Positions 51,422-64,000 of a stretch of 64,000 nt of DNA are shown here, piece after piece. The notes below the pieces were generated by a model that saw only the letters and a list, made by a program, of their open reading frames with translations, made no database searches and was not told the DNA's origin. The DNA comes from Octopus bimaculoides. Its lineage: Eukaryota. Position 1 is the first letter of the stretch, and every line of letters starts with the position of its first letter. The translations under genes and the position numbers were made by a program. Where the stretch lies: positions 24,597,743-24,661,742 of the forward strand of contig NC_068991.1 of NCBI RefSeq assembly GCF_001194135.2. The letters are read 5' to 3'.

Positions 51422-54400
51422 TCTCTCTCTCTCTCACGCGCTCAAGATGGTAAACTCATACAGGATAACAGACATCAATAGCATTAACAACCACAACAAT
51501 CATAGAAAAACCTGGAATAAAGTATCTTCAAAGAAGCATGTAAAGGAAACAGTGGTATAATGTGATTGGAGTGAGCTGAAACAGGATTCAATTTATGACA
51601 AGGAAGCAATCCACATCCTTTCCTACCAATTTCATCAATGCTCTTGCTGGAAATACAAAACAACCTTCATCATATCCCCTACATGTGCCCACTGCTAAGA
51701 GAACTGTAGCAATATCCTACTTCCACCTGATTTGAACAGTACCAGAGAGGCAAGATAAACTATGTTATTTATGCTGTTTTACTTTGGTTTACTTTTTAAT
51801 ATAAACTCCAGACTTTCAAAGTGACATTCCAATTAGTACCTGACAGGTGGTCTTTGATTTTTAGAAGCTGATAAACTTTGGTGAAGTTCTTTGGAAGAAC
51901 TAAAATACAATGCTTATAAATTGGCTAAGTGAGAATATGCATTTGTGAGTGTAGGAATATGTATGTGCATGTGCACATGCATTTCATGCACAATTAAAAT
52001 ACATATGTAATTTATAATAGGTTGTGAGCCACTACAACAGCCTTGATTGAGCATACCTTTGGTCAAAGGTATTTCAATAATGGCCGTTCCATCTCTCTTC
52101 AGGTACATTGGTGGTCTTACTTTTAAGATAATGTGAGGTTATTTGTAGGAGACTTGCTTGCTATTTCTAATAGGTCGAGTAATGCATAGAAGTTCTCATG
52201 CTGGCTGGCCTCAATTTACTATGTACTTTCATTTTACAAAATGATCTTTAAATGTAGATAAAAATAATGGTTATAACTGTTAAAGAATCAATTCTAGATA
52301 ACAGAGATATTTGCTATGTTAAATACAGCAGCCAAAATGTTCATCTACATACATGTTTTGTAGACCATAATTAGCAAGTTTTTATTTGAATTAAGTTTAT
52401 GTTTAGCTTATCATTTGGTTAAATATATATAGATAAACAATATAAATGGTTTAACTCTTTTGTTATATATTTCTATCGAAGTAAACTGCCTTTGCTTCAA
52501 TTAATTTTATAAATAATGTAGAATTTAGTAAATCAACTTTATTGTTATTGAACTGGAGTTTGGAACATGAATACGAAATTTTGATGGAAGATTTTAATTT
52601 AGATAATTTTAAAATTGGAAGTTTGTATAACGGAACCAAAGGCTGTCTCAAAGTTGGAGAAATAAAGCCAGACTAGGAAGTAAAAAAAACCCTTCCTAAC
52701 TACCTTTTCAAAAGACAGTACTCACCTTTAGTTTCATTATGCTAAGAATTAAATCTCTCTTTGGATACAGAAACATTATACTTCAGGTAACATTTCCAGA
52801 AAATCTGGTACAGGAGATTTGAACTCAAGAACTATGTGCAGATAGTACATTACCATATCCACACAACTATTTCATCTTCAGAAAAAATATTTACATAGAT
52901 TACAGGGCTCTCAAAAGATCAGAACTCTCCATAAGATTCAGTAGTATGAAATAGGTAAGAAATGAATAATCCTCTCCATAAGATATTAATTACTAGACAA
53001 GATTATGTACCATCTCTTTGCCACCTTATTCTACCAGCACATTTTTGTTTCACTACAGACAACACTTTTTATAAATACATAATTATTTAAAATTAAACAT
53101 TATATAACTGTTAAATAGAACATATTCCGATTCATATAAAAGAGTATGTATGTATTCACAGTCAAAATAGGTAATCAATATTTAATTTTAATCTTCAATT
53201 GCAAAAAATCAGTGATAAAATATTCTGACTCGCCCAATTATGCATTACATCTGTATAATTCACCAACACACTGAAGTATCTTAACACACAGGTAGGAAAG
53301 CACAGCTATATTCTAATTAGCAGTTTTGTATTTAATTATCGGATAAATTCATTTTTCTTTTTGTTTCATTTTTTACTCTTCAGTTGTTCCATTGTTAAAT
53401 GTCAAAAAAGAGGTAAAATTTATTCAAATTTCATAAACAAGAGACAAAGTTGTAGATAAAGAATATTGCTACTAAAAAAACATAGAACACCAGAATAAAA
53501 ATATTTTTCAAATAACATTGATAGGAATTGAAATTAAAATGGAAACAAAACAAACGAGCATATCTGACAACCCATATTTTTCAATCTTACTAATATCAAT
53601 AGTTAAAAATGTACAAATTTCTAATGAATTATCAAGTCTCTTGATTAATCTTTTATCTTTTCTCTTTTACTTATTTCAGTCATTGAAGTGCAGCCATGCT
53701 GGGGCTCTGCCTTGAAGGGTTTTAATCAAACAAACGAACCCCATATTTCTTTCTTGTTTATTTTTCTGAGCCTGGTATTTACTTTAGTGACCTTTTGCTG
53801 AACTGCCAAGTTACAGGGATACAAACAAACCAACACCATTTGTCAAGTGGTGCTTGAGAAACAAACACACACATGTGCATGCAAGTACACATGCACACAC
53901 ACACACCCACACACACAAGGAGCCTCTTTCAGTTTTCATCTATCAAATCCACTCACAAGTCTTTGGTCAGCCTGGAGTATCATAAGAAGACACTTACACA
54001 AGGTGTCACACAGTGGAAATTGAACTCAGAACTATGTGTTCAGAAAGCAAACTTCTTACTACATAGCCATGACTGCATCTATGATTACCTATTGTAGTTT
54101 AATTAATTAAAAAACACCACTGTTCATTCATTTATTAGTGTTTTAGTGGTTTTAGAAGTGGATATACTTTCAAACATAAAACAATCATATATCAATTGAT
54201 AGTAGTATCCATTTCAGGGTAAGTCAACTAAAGTAAATAAAGCCTTATTTTTTTAACTCCTGACCTTTGGGTTCAGCACATTAATAACAAATATAGGGTC
54301 TACATCATGGCTATTACAATGTAGATTACAGTTTAACTAGATTTATCCTTTATAAAAAAATTAAAAAAACATAGGATACTTTCAGCTCTTTTAGTAGTTT

Positions 54401-54977
54401 GTTATGCTTCAATGCACATTACAAACACAAAAGATTATGTCAGTATGTGTATGAGGTGTGTTGATATATACAAAGACACAGCCATGAAAAAACATAAGCA
54501 TAAACATATGGAATGAACATGAGCATCCACATACACAATGCCATAAGTGTCAATTTAGTCATTGCCACCTAGTATAGCCAATCACCTCTATTGCCACACC
54601 TCACCACCTATGCGCGCTAAATGTATACAAATTACTCTTAATGTCAAGCTGTGTATTCTCTGTCTATTCACTCTCTAATTTAGTTCAAACTTTCAAAAGT
54701 CATGGCAAATGTCAACATTCAAATAGACACAAGTATGTGTTTACCTATGTGCATATGTGTAGAAAGAAAACTCTATACTTTTTTTAGTATACAACTGAGA
54801 GATTTTTTCTTCTTTGTATGATATAATGATATATGATGTGAATATGTTCATGTTTGCATGTGTCTAAATGATGACGTATTGCTATATTTGAATATATATA
54901 TTATATATGTATGTACATATATACATGTGTGTATATATATACACATATATAATTATATACACACACATATATATACC

Positions 54978-55023
<46 letters not shown>

Positions 55024-55076
55024 CATGTATATACATATATATACATATATATATATATATATGTGCATGTATATAC

Positions 55077-55108
<32 letters not shown>

Positions 55109-55115
55109 GTGCATG

Positions 55116-55163
<48 letters not shown>

Positions 55164-56118
55164 CTAGCAGCTAAACCAGGTTTCACCCAGTCTGTTTGGA
55201 TGATGTGGATGTGATCGTTTTCGGTTAGGCATAATCTATAACAGCATTTCTCAACCTTATCATTTCGGGTCCCCTGTTTCAATTGGAACCTCTAGCTGTA
55301 TGAAGATTTCACCCACCCCTCGTCAGAAAATGACTTCAGGAGTTCAGGGAAATTGTATGTAAGAATTAATAGCAGACGTATCCAATTTAAGAAAAGTGGA
55401 GATAAAAGCTAAGTGAAGAAGTATGGAATAAGTAGAGAAAATTGGGTGGGGGAGGGCGGAAGTCTTTCCAAAATATCTTCACAGGAAACAGCTTCAGGAG
55501 TTGTGAAGAAAGAATTTCTAGGTAGTCTGTTTATGAGAACTATTCTATTGGACGTCTGTCTAGTCACGTCTTTTAAGGTACACGCACATACATAGAAAAT
55601 GTGAGGTCATGGTAGAAAATTTTCACGATAGTTGATTTATGGAAAAGATTATGTTAAATGTTTGAAATGCAAATCTGTGAATGAAAAATAAGTTCAGACC
55701 TCTACATGATAGGTAGACCTGGTAGAAATAGCAGCCAAATCTTCCTCAAAACACCCTACTGTATTAATGCGACAATTCTGCATATTATGTAATTTGAATG
55801 AGAAACTGTAAGGTGTGTGAGCAACTGGTTGTGTTAATGGCAGGAGAAAGGGGAATTGCATTGGAAAAAGTTTTAATCGATGTTCTTGGTAAGTATGGGG
55901 GCTAGGAAAAAATAGAAGAGGCATTAAGAAGTTGACGTTAAGAGCTGCTTTAACAAAAAATGAAGCTGTAAGAATTAATGGGGAAACTGTATGTAAGAAT
56001 TAATAGCAGACGTATCCAATTTAAGAAAAGTGAAGATAAAAGCTAAGTGAAGAAGTATGGAATAAGTAATTGTTATACACTTATAGAAAAACAATTTATA
56101 TTATATTATGAAAAGAGA
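55164..56118 (-). mobile_element. Non-autonomous Helitron-like element with internal 88-bp direct repeats
   Basis: Minus strand ends actggg-tgaaa-cctggt hairpin, ttagctg, CTAG, T. Putative 5' TC at 56118 (TCTCTTTTCATAAT). Direct repeats 55347-55434 and 55981-56068 (2 mismatches). Confidence 0.55.
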
Positions 56119-56499
56119 CATGGACAGTTTTATGACTGAACCTCTTTTGAAGTTGGCGTGAGATGGAAGAATTGATGTGCGTGCGTATGTCTGTGTGCGT
56201 GTGTGTGTGTAGGTTTGATGGGGTGTGCAAGACAGAGAGAGTAATGTTGATGGTGTGTGTGTATATGAGAGAAAGAGTGACAGAGAAAAACCAAGAGAGA
56301 GAGAGAGAGAGTGGTTATGTATGTATGTATGTATGTATGAATGGCTTCAGTGACACACACTTACATACACAGGTTGCTTTAATTGATTTTCTCGGTAACT
56401 ATGGGGGCTAGGAAAAAAATACATTCATTCATCTCAATTTGTCTAAGTCCAGCCCACAAGCTTCTATCTTTGTACTGCCCTTGTGGCAAATTTTATGAA

Positions 56500-57490
56500 A
56501 TAAAGAAGTACTGTCTCAAAAGTAATGACAGCCTTTGAGAAAGAGGGAAAACCTCCTCATCGAAACAAAACTCCAGAAGAAAACCAAAACTTTCAGATAG
56601 GGACTGTTGGACTCATATGCGAATTGTTAGAAAGGATCATAAAAGTACAGCTCCAAAAATTACTGCAGAGCTTAATGACCACTTCAAGAACCCAGTTTCC
56701 ACAAAAACTCTTTGCCAGGAGCTGCACAAAGCCGGATTTCACGGGAGGGCTGTAATCAGAAAATCACTACTTTCGAAAGCAAATGTTGCAAAGTGTTTAC
56801 AATGGAGTAAAAACTTACAGAATAGGTCCCTAGAGCAGTGGAAGAATGTTATTTTCTTGGACAAGTCATCCTTTACTGTATTTCCAGCCACCAGCTGAGT
56901 ATACGTGTGGAGACAGCCAAAAGAAGCATTTGACCCAGACTGCCTTCTTCCAACTGTTAAACATGAAGGAGGATCTGTGATGATCGGGGGTAGGGGGAGC
57001 TATATATCTTGGAAATCCGCCGGCCCAATGGTTTCCCTTCATGGCAGAATTAATAGTCAAGACTATTTAAGCATTTTATCTGATCAAATTTATCCTATGG
57101 TTGTGGAACTGTTTCCGGAGGGATATGCAATCTTTCAGGATGATAATGCACTAATTCACACAGGTAAAGTTGTTACTGAATGGCGCGAGAAACATTCTAA
57201 TGAAGTTGAACATCTTATCTGGCCACCACAGTCCCCAGATCTCAATATTATTGAACATTTATGGTGCATTTTAGTAAAACAAGGAAGGAGTCGATATCCT
57301 TCACCATCATCACTACAAGAACTGGAGACTGTTTTAGCTGAAGAATGGACAAAAATTCCTTTAATTCAAACATTGTACAAGTTCATACCTTGTAGAATTC
57401 AAGCTGTAATTACTGCCAAAGGCGGTCCTACCCCATATTAAAATAAATTTGTTTGAAATTCTAAGGTGTTTCCATTATTTTGTCCAACCA

Positions 57491-57493
<3 letters not shown>
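56500..57493 (+). mobile_element. 5'-truncated Tc1-family transposon with DD36E catalytic spacing
   Basis: TVSKVMT..., VIFLD (56860), FQDDNA, SPDLNIIEHLW, GGPTPY*. In-frame stop at 56896-98. Right TIR 57463-57493 followed by (TA)n; left TIR absent. Confidence 0.92.
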
Positions 57494-57533
<40 letters not shown>

Positions 57534-58618
57534 AATACTATATAGATATAATTATAGCACAAAATGCTTGAAATAGATGCTAAAAGCTCTAAAAACCGCC
57601 TATCATTTTACTCTGTTAGCACAGGTTGAAAGCAAGCTAGTCAATCAATCAGATATCAAAAGAAAGGTTACCTATAGATCGCTGATTGATTTCTAGCTAA
57701 GGGAAGTAAATTCCATGTGCTGTCATCAGTATGGGATGCCAAAGAATATATATGTAGATATCTATACATACCATATGAACAAACTTGTATCCACACAAAT
57801 ATATACAGACATCCACATGTATAGACTTTTCCAAATCTAATTTCTTCACCACAATCAAAATAAATACCGTAGTAAATATTAAATTAATTAATTAATGAAA
57901 GATAAAACCATTTAATGATTCCATCAAGTGGCTAGCATGTTAATTCCAGTTAGGAAAATATTTATACTGATATATAATTATATAGATATAATTATAGCAG
58001 AAGTGTGTGCATAGACACACCAACATGCTTGAAATAGATGCTAAAGGCTCTATAAACCACCTGTTATTTTACTCTGTTAGCAAAGGTTGATTCACTAGCC
58101 AGCTTACAACCTTCTACATATATATATNNNNNNNNNNNNNNNNNNNNNNNNNNNNNNNNNNNNNNNNNNNNNNNNNNNNNNNNNNNNNNNNNNNNNNNNN
58201 NNNNNNNNNNNNNNNNNNNNNNNNNNNNNNNNNNNNNNNNNNNNNNNNNNNNNNNNNNNNNNNNNNNNNNNNNNNNNNNNNNNNNNNNNNNNNNNNNNNN
58301 NNNNNNNNNNNNNNNNNNNNNNNNNNNNNNNNNNNNNNNNNNNNNNNTTTATATTCCTGCAGAACCAATGTGGGGTATAGAATATGGAATATACAATATA
58401 TAATATAAAATAAAATAAAATTTAAAAAATGGATGGCACCATGAAATAAAGTATTGAATGTAGATGAAATATTGAGTGTTCAATATAAAGGATCAAATAT
58501 ATAAATATAAGTATATAAAGGCGACTCGAGTTTCAGGGCTATTTCCCTTCGTCATGGCCGGTATTTATTTTGATTGTGGTGAAGAAATTAGATTTGGAAA
58601 AGTCTATACATATGGATG

Positions 58619-58659
<41 letters not shown>

Positions 58660-60109
58660 GCACACACAAGTGAGTGGACAAACAAAAGAAGGGCACTCAA
58701 CACATTTACTGGAAGTTACATGTACGGATTAAAACAGTTTGATTCAAATTCTGTGCTTATCCTCAACCATTGGAAATTTGTATCAAATTTCTAGTGGTTG
58801 AGGACAAACATTATCTTATGCTTTGAAACTTTAAGTACCACGGAATTTGAATCAAACTGTTTTGATCTGTACTTATGTATGTATGTATGTCATATGTATC
58901 ATATACATAATATAAATAAGTGTGTGCAAATACTTGTATATATATGTATATATATAATTTATCTATTTTATATGTGTGTATGTGTTTTTTGTGTGTATAA
59001 CAAGACTACTTGTATGGTGATGCTCATTTACAACTATCATATGGATGTTAAGACAAGGAAAAGCAAACGCATACACACACATGTACACACACACCTGCGC
59101 GATGGTTTCAGTTTCCACATACCAAATCCATTCATAAGTCTTTGGACAGCTTCAGGTTATATAGTAGAAGACCTTTTCTTGATGTGCCACACAGTGACAC
59201 TATGTGGTTGAGGAGAACAATTCTTAACAACACAACCATACTTGAACCTCAATGACCTTCTTAAACATTCGACCATGCTTGCATCCAGTATCCACAATTA
59301 TGTATGTTACATATGTATTTGTGTATATAGTGGTTTGAAGTGTAAGACGATGTAGAAAATTTTCTTCTACATTCTGTTATGATAAACTATATTGATAATA
59401 TACTGCAAAGTGTGTTATACAAATAAATTTGCAAGTGTTTGTGTATTTGTGTTCAATAAATATTCTCAATAAACACCCACATTTGCTTTTGAGTATGTTT
59501 TGTTAAACATGCGTGTTTGAGTTTTAATTACACATTCACCAACACAAATATACACAACCATCTAAAAACATATAGCTTTGTGTGTATTCTGTGTTAATGT
59601 GTGAGTGTGATGTGCCTGTGTATAGAGGGGAAGGAGATCAGCCAAGGCTTGTTTGTGAGTTATTCTTAGAAAGTAGTCATAAGAAATAACTTGTGTGTGC
59701 ACACATGCATGTGTGTATGCGCACATGTGCATGCATGTGTGTTGTATGTATTTCTCTTCAGCAAATATATTTTAAAGCCATATACACTGAACAAACATAT
59801 TAACATATTATAATACCAAATTTAGATGCACTTAAATAAATATAGTGTCAACATGCAAAACAAATCCTGCATGTTTTCTTGATAAACACATCAGTTGAAC
59901 ACTAACAGTGGCCTCAGCATGTCATCTTGATATGAGTCACTGACTCAGTGGAAGGATTTATTATAGTTCAATTACTTCTATTATTATAACTCCACACCAA
60001 CCATATAGTGGAGTTGTGGCAGATATGGTACAGAAGCAACTTAAATGCTTTCACCTCTAGTTTCCATAGTACTATATTTGTTTTATTTGTTTATTTTTCT
60101 TTCGTTTAA

Positions 60110-60320
60110 CACTTTAGCACTCACATTACTGTGTCAAATGTAATACTTATTTATTCACATTGTTTTGAATTAATTATGCATTATCTCGTATTTCAATGAT
60201 GTAATTGTTTATTTTTAGGACAACATTGTAGGATAAGTGTGTGAGGCCAGATCTGGCTGGTTTGAACATAAAACAGGTAAAATATTTGGGCCGGATGTGG
60301 CTGGTTTAAATGCTAAAGGG
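60110..60320. mobile_element. piggyBac-type MITE, 211 bp, reference copy
   Basis: TTAA (60106-09), cactttagca ... tgctaaaggg, TTAA (60321-24). Confidence 0.8.
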
Positions 60321-61563
60321 TTAAAGTCAGCCAGGATTTACTTTGTCTTTCTTCCTTCAGAGAGTCAATATAAGATATATATATATACTGAGGGTTATTC
60401 CAATGAATTACACTTCTCCCTTTGCCTATAAATTTGTCGTTTAGTGCCACTGTAAAAAATCAATATATTAATCACAATCAAGACTGATTTAATTGTTCTT
60501 GTCATTGTGTGGCCTTAGGTCAGCCCTTGATGAATCAGATTTATGCTTGAAGGTATTCCTGTTGTGACCATCCAATCTTTTTCCAGATATAATGTAGCCA
60601 ATACTACATTATTGCATTTTTTCAAAAAAGTAGAGTTTGGTTTGAAGGAAATTTGCCTGCTATTTCTAGGAAGACAAATAACCTAATATAGGCTTCCATG
60701 ACAGCTTTAATATTTGGTAATAAATATAGATGAGGACTGGATAATTTTGCAAAATAGTATTTCTCCAGCTGTCCATATTTTGGATCATTTCATTTGCAAA
60801 CATGTCCTACCTCCACTGTATCTTACCCCACTACTGTAACTATCTTCTATAAGAACTTTCAGTGAATATCTCTCCACATAGAGACACAAAAGCTCGAATA
60901 TAAACATGTGGTTAAGAATAAACATATGGCTAAGATGCTACTGTGCTACATCATTTGCAAGTGCCTCCTAGTTTAGTATCATGTTGATCATTACTTTGTG
61001 AGTGGGATTCGGTAGATACAAACTGCACAGAAGCTTACTGTATGTGTGAATCAAGACAGGATGGTCACAGCTGGAAGCCAACTGATTGTATATCTACTCA
61101 ATCAAGGCTGACTTGGAGTTAAATAACAATATAAGGTAAATAGTAGAATCTGCCTTGGGATCAGTGAAGCAGCATTTTTACTATTCAGACAGCACGTTCA
61201 GCTATTAGATATAAATGTTGGATATAAATAAACCTGAAGATAGGAAACAAAACATGTTTATACAAGCACATATACATATAACTGTAAATGTTTAGAAAGA
61301 ATTCCAGTGGGGTTGTCGATAGAAGCTGAGCAAAGAAATTTAAGTGCAACCAAAGTCTTATTGAAGAGATACAAAATAAATAAAGCCCTTCCCTTTCAAA
61401 AGAGATTTTCAATATGAAAGTATAACCATGATAGCAAATAGATGTAAAGAGAGAAAAACAGATTCAAACCATTGTAACAGACATCTGAGAAAAAACTTGA
61501 TGGTAGGACAAAGATAAAATTAACTTGTTACAGAAAAAAATAACATTTCTAAAGATTATATAT

Positions 61564-61609
<46 letters not shown>

Positions 61610-62354
61610 ATGTCTGCCTTCCATGGGTGGGGCAGTTTGACAAGAGCCAGCCAGGCAGAAGTCTGCACCAGACTTTTGTAACTGTTTTGGCAGGGATTTT
61701 ACAGCTGGATGCCCTTCCTAACACCAACCACTCAGCAGAGTGGACTTGGTGCTTTTTATGTAGCACAAGCCCAGGCGATATCAGTTTTGGCAAGGTTTTT
61801 ACAGCTGGATGCCCTTCCAAACACCAACCACTTTACAGTGTGGACCAGGTGCTTTTAAGTGGCACCGGCACTGACAGGGTCACCAAGTACTTGCAAGACA
61901 AAAAAAAAACTCTTTTGAGAAGGAAGGGAGCATTGGACGAGGTGATCTTATGTCAGATGATGAAAGGTTATAGTGAGACAGAGAGACAGAAACAGGTGTC
62001 TTGTTATACTAATTTTTGTTCAATATGACTAATGATGCTGAATTCTTCACACATTTTTCTATCATTTAAGCCTAAGAAAAGTATACTTTTACATCAAAAT
62101 TAAAAAAGTTTATGTTAATTGAAGGTGAATAGGTGCCTTACTGACCCCTTGAGGTCACAGATATTTTGATGTAACTTTTTTTCTTCTGAACAAAATCTCA
62201 AACTATTTATGCCAAAGTGTAGCTGAGGAAGTATCTTTAAAAATGTTAACAGTTTTCAATTTAGCTGAGAACTGGATTAGTGATGAAGCTCAGAAGCTGC
62301 TGCGATTTACAAAATATGGTGGACTTAATATATTCAACCACTACTGTGGTTGAA

Positions 62355-62391
<37 letters not shown>

Positions 62392-62445
62392 CAAGGACTT
62401 ATATCGACTGTTACACTCTCATACATCAAATATGACAGGAAAATC

Positions 62446-62484
<39 letters not shown>

Positions 62485-63326
62485 GTACAGATATAAAAAC
62501 ACATATGCATATATATGATGTACAGATATAAAAACACATATGCATATATACAAACACATATATACAAACACACATATATACAAATGCTTATACATATATG
62601 TATGCATACCACTCACACACACACAAACACGTTCATACATGTGCATGAACATGTGTTTACACACAAACACACTATGCAAATATAGAAGCATAGATGTGCA
62701 CTATATGAATATATACAAAAAATCTTGAAAAATCCCTCTGCGATAACTTCTCACTCAATGCAGAAAAATATGAAGTCAAAACAAAAAATATTAATAAAAA
62801 AAATTAACAATACTTTTTTAAAATAAAACAAAATAATGAAAAAGTATATATAAAAAGTTTTGTTATTAGATCTCAGATAGAAGTGTAGAAGAAAGATAGG
62901 TATTTGTAGGGACATTGACACACAGACAGAGGTGAAATATATAAATAAAAAATAATACAAGAAAACAAAACTACATAACAGTTAAGAGAAAGGAGAGGAG
63001 GAGGTGAACACAAGAAGAATGATGGATTATCTAGATTGATGAACGAATGGAAATGCAAGAAATGCATAATTAGCCTCGAGCTGTTGCAATCAAAGAGGAA
63101 TCTTCTTTTGGGGGAAAAAAGATGATAGGGAGGAAATGGACAGAACAGAAGCAAAACTAAATCTGGTATGTGTGTGTTTGTAATTTGAGATATGAAGAAG
63201 AAAGAGGGAGAGAAAGAGAAGGGGTAAGAAAGAGAAAGAGTGAAGACAGTGAAAGACAATGATGAACATGCAGGCACATTGCATTTGCATGCATATGTGT
63301 GTGCTTACATGTATATGTGATTGTAC

Positions 63327-63634
63327 ACATACACAAATCCACAACCAAATATGTAACTACACCAAACACATACACGACAAATAGACAGATATGCAAACCC
63401 TTATGTGAATGTATATACATGCACAAACATTAATATGCATGCATGCATATATATAAAAATACACAGACACACAGACACACACATACACAAATCCACAACC
63501 AAATATGTAACTACACCAAACACATACACGACAGATAGACAGATATGCAAACCCTTATGTGAATGTATATACATGCACAAACATTAATATGTATGCATGC
63601 ATATATATAAAAATACACACACACAGACGCACAA
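63327..63634. repeat. Near-identical tandem duplication, 154-bp period, 2 copies
   Basis: acatacacaaatccacaacc starts at 63327 and again at 63481. Confidence 0.9.
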
Positions 63635-63877
63635 ATACACAAATAGATAAACATTCTTGTACACAGACATGCAGAGACTCTTCTCGGAAGATGTATGAGT
63701 CATACCAAACTGAATAACAGGTTTAACAAGACAAACCAACATTCAGCAACAGATGTTAGGAGTTCTTGAACATGTGTTTGTCAATATTTCTGTCTCAGAG
63801 TTAATGCTTCTATAAATATTAGTAAAAAAAATTTGGTAGGGTTTTAATTGATGAAGGTGTTTTGTGTGTATGTGTGT

Positions 63878-63912
<35 letters not shown>

Positions 63913-64000
63913 AAACTGATGTAGAAAGAAAAGAGGTGAAATAAATGAAGATGAGCAAGCAAGAGAAATGGATAAACTAGAAGAATACTTTAAAAATGAA

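Noticed and set aside
52720-52742. Consensus donor AAG/GTGAGT on the gene strand in the large upstream intron
   Set aside because: The frame needed to join the next exon has a TAG 16 nt upstream and no cadherin similarity. Could be chance; only RNA-seq could support a microexon.
62329-62352. Perfect 10-bp hairpin attcaaccac-tact-gtggttgaat
   Set aside because: Single short occurrence beside a TA tract; cannot be distinguished from chance or a MITE scar.

Overview
AT-rich, microsatellite-dense eukaryotic genomic DNA with 8 assembly gaps. The repeat families suggest a coleoid cephalopod, probably Octopus (inference). The whole window appears to lie inside one minus-strand Flamingo/starry night (CELSR-type) adhesion-GPCR cadherin gene. 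Four phase-compatible exons (38546-38194, 20504-20330, 19085-18960, 8499-8265) encode the end of the last cadherin repeat, the Flamingo box, EGF1-3 and the start of laminin-G1. The introns are made of decayed transposons: RTE LINE 3' ends, two tRNA-derived SINE families, a Ty3/gypsy remnant, two Tigger/pogo copies, a DD36E Tc1, a maT-like fragment, a Penelope RT, a Helitron-like element, and piggyBac- and hAT-type MITEs. Most interesting: (1) two Penelope-associated palindromes carry a minimal hammerhead-ribozyme core and turn around at the same nucleotide of that core; (2) a roughly 380-nt SINE-derived hairpin whose arms share distinctive variants sits about 130 nt downstream of a Flamingo splice donor and is a candidate ADAR substrate; (3) several repair-type junctions join unrelated transposons. 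No intact new protein-coding system was seen.
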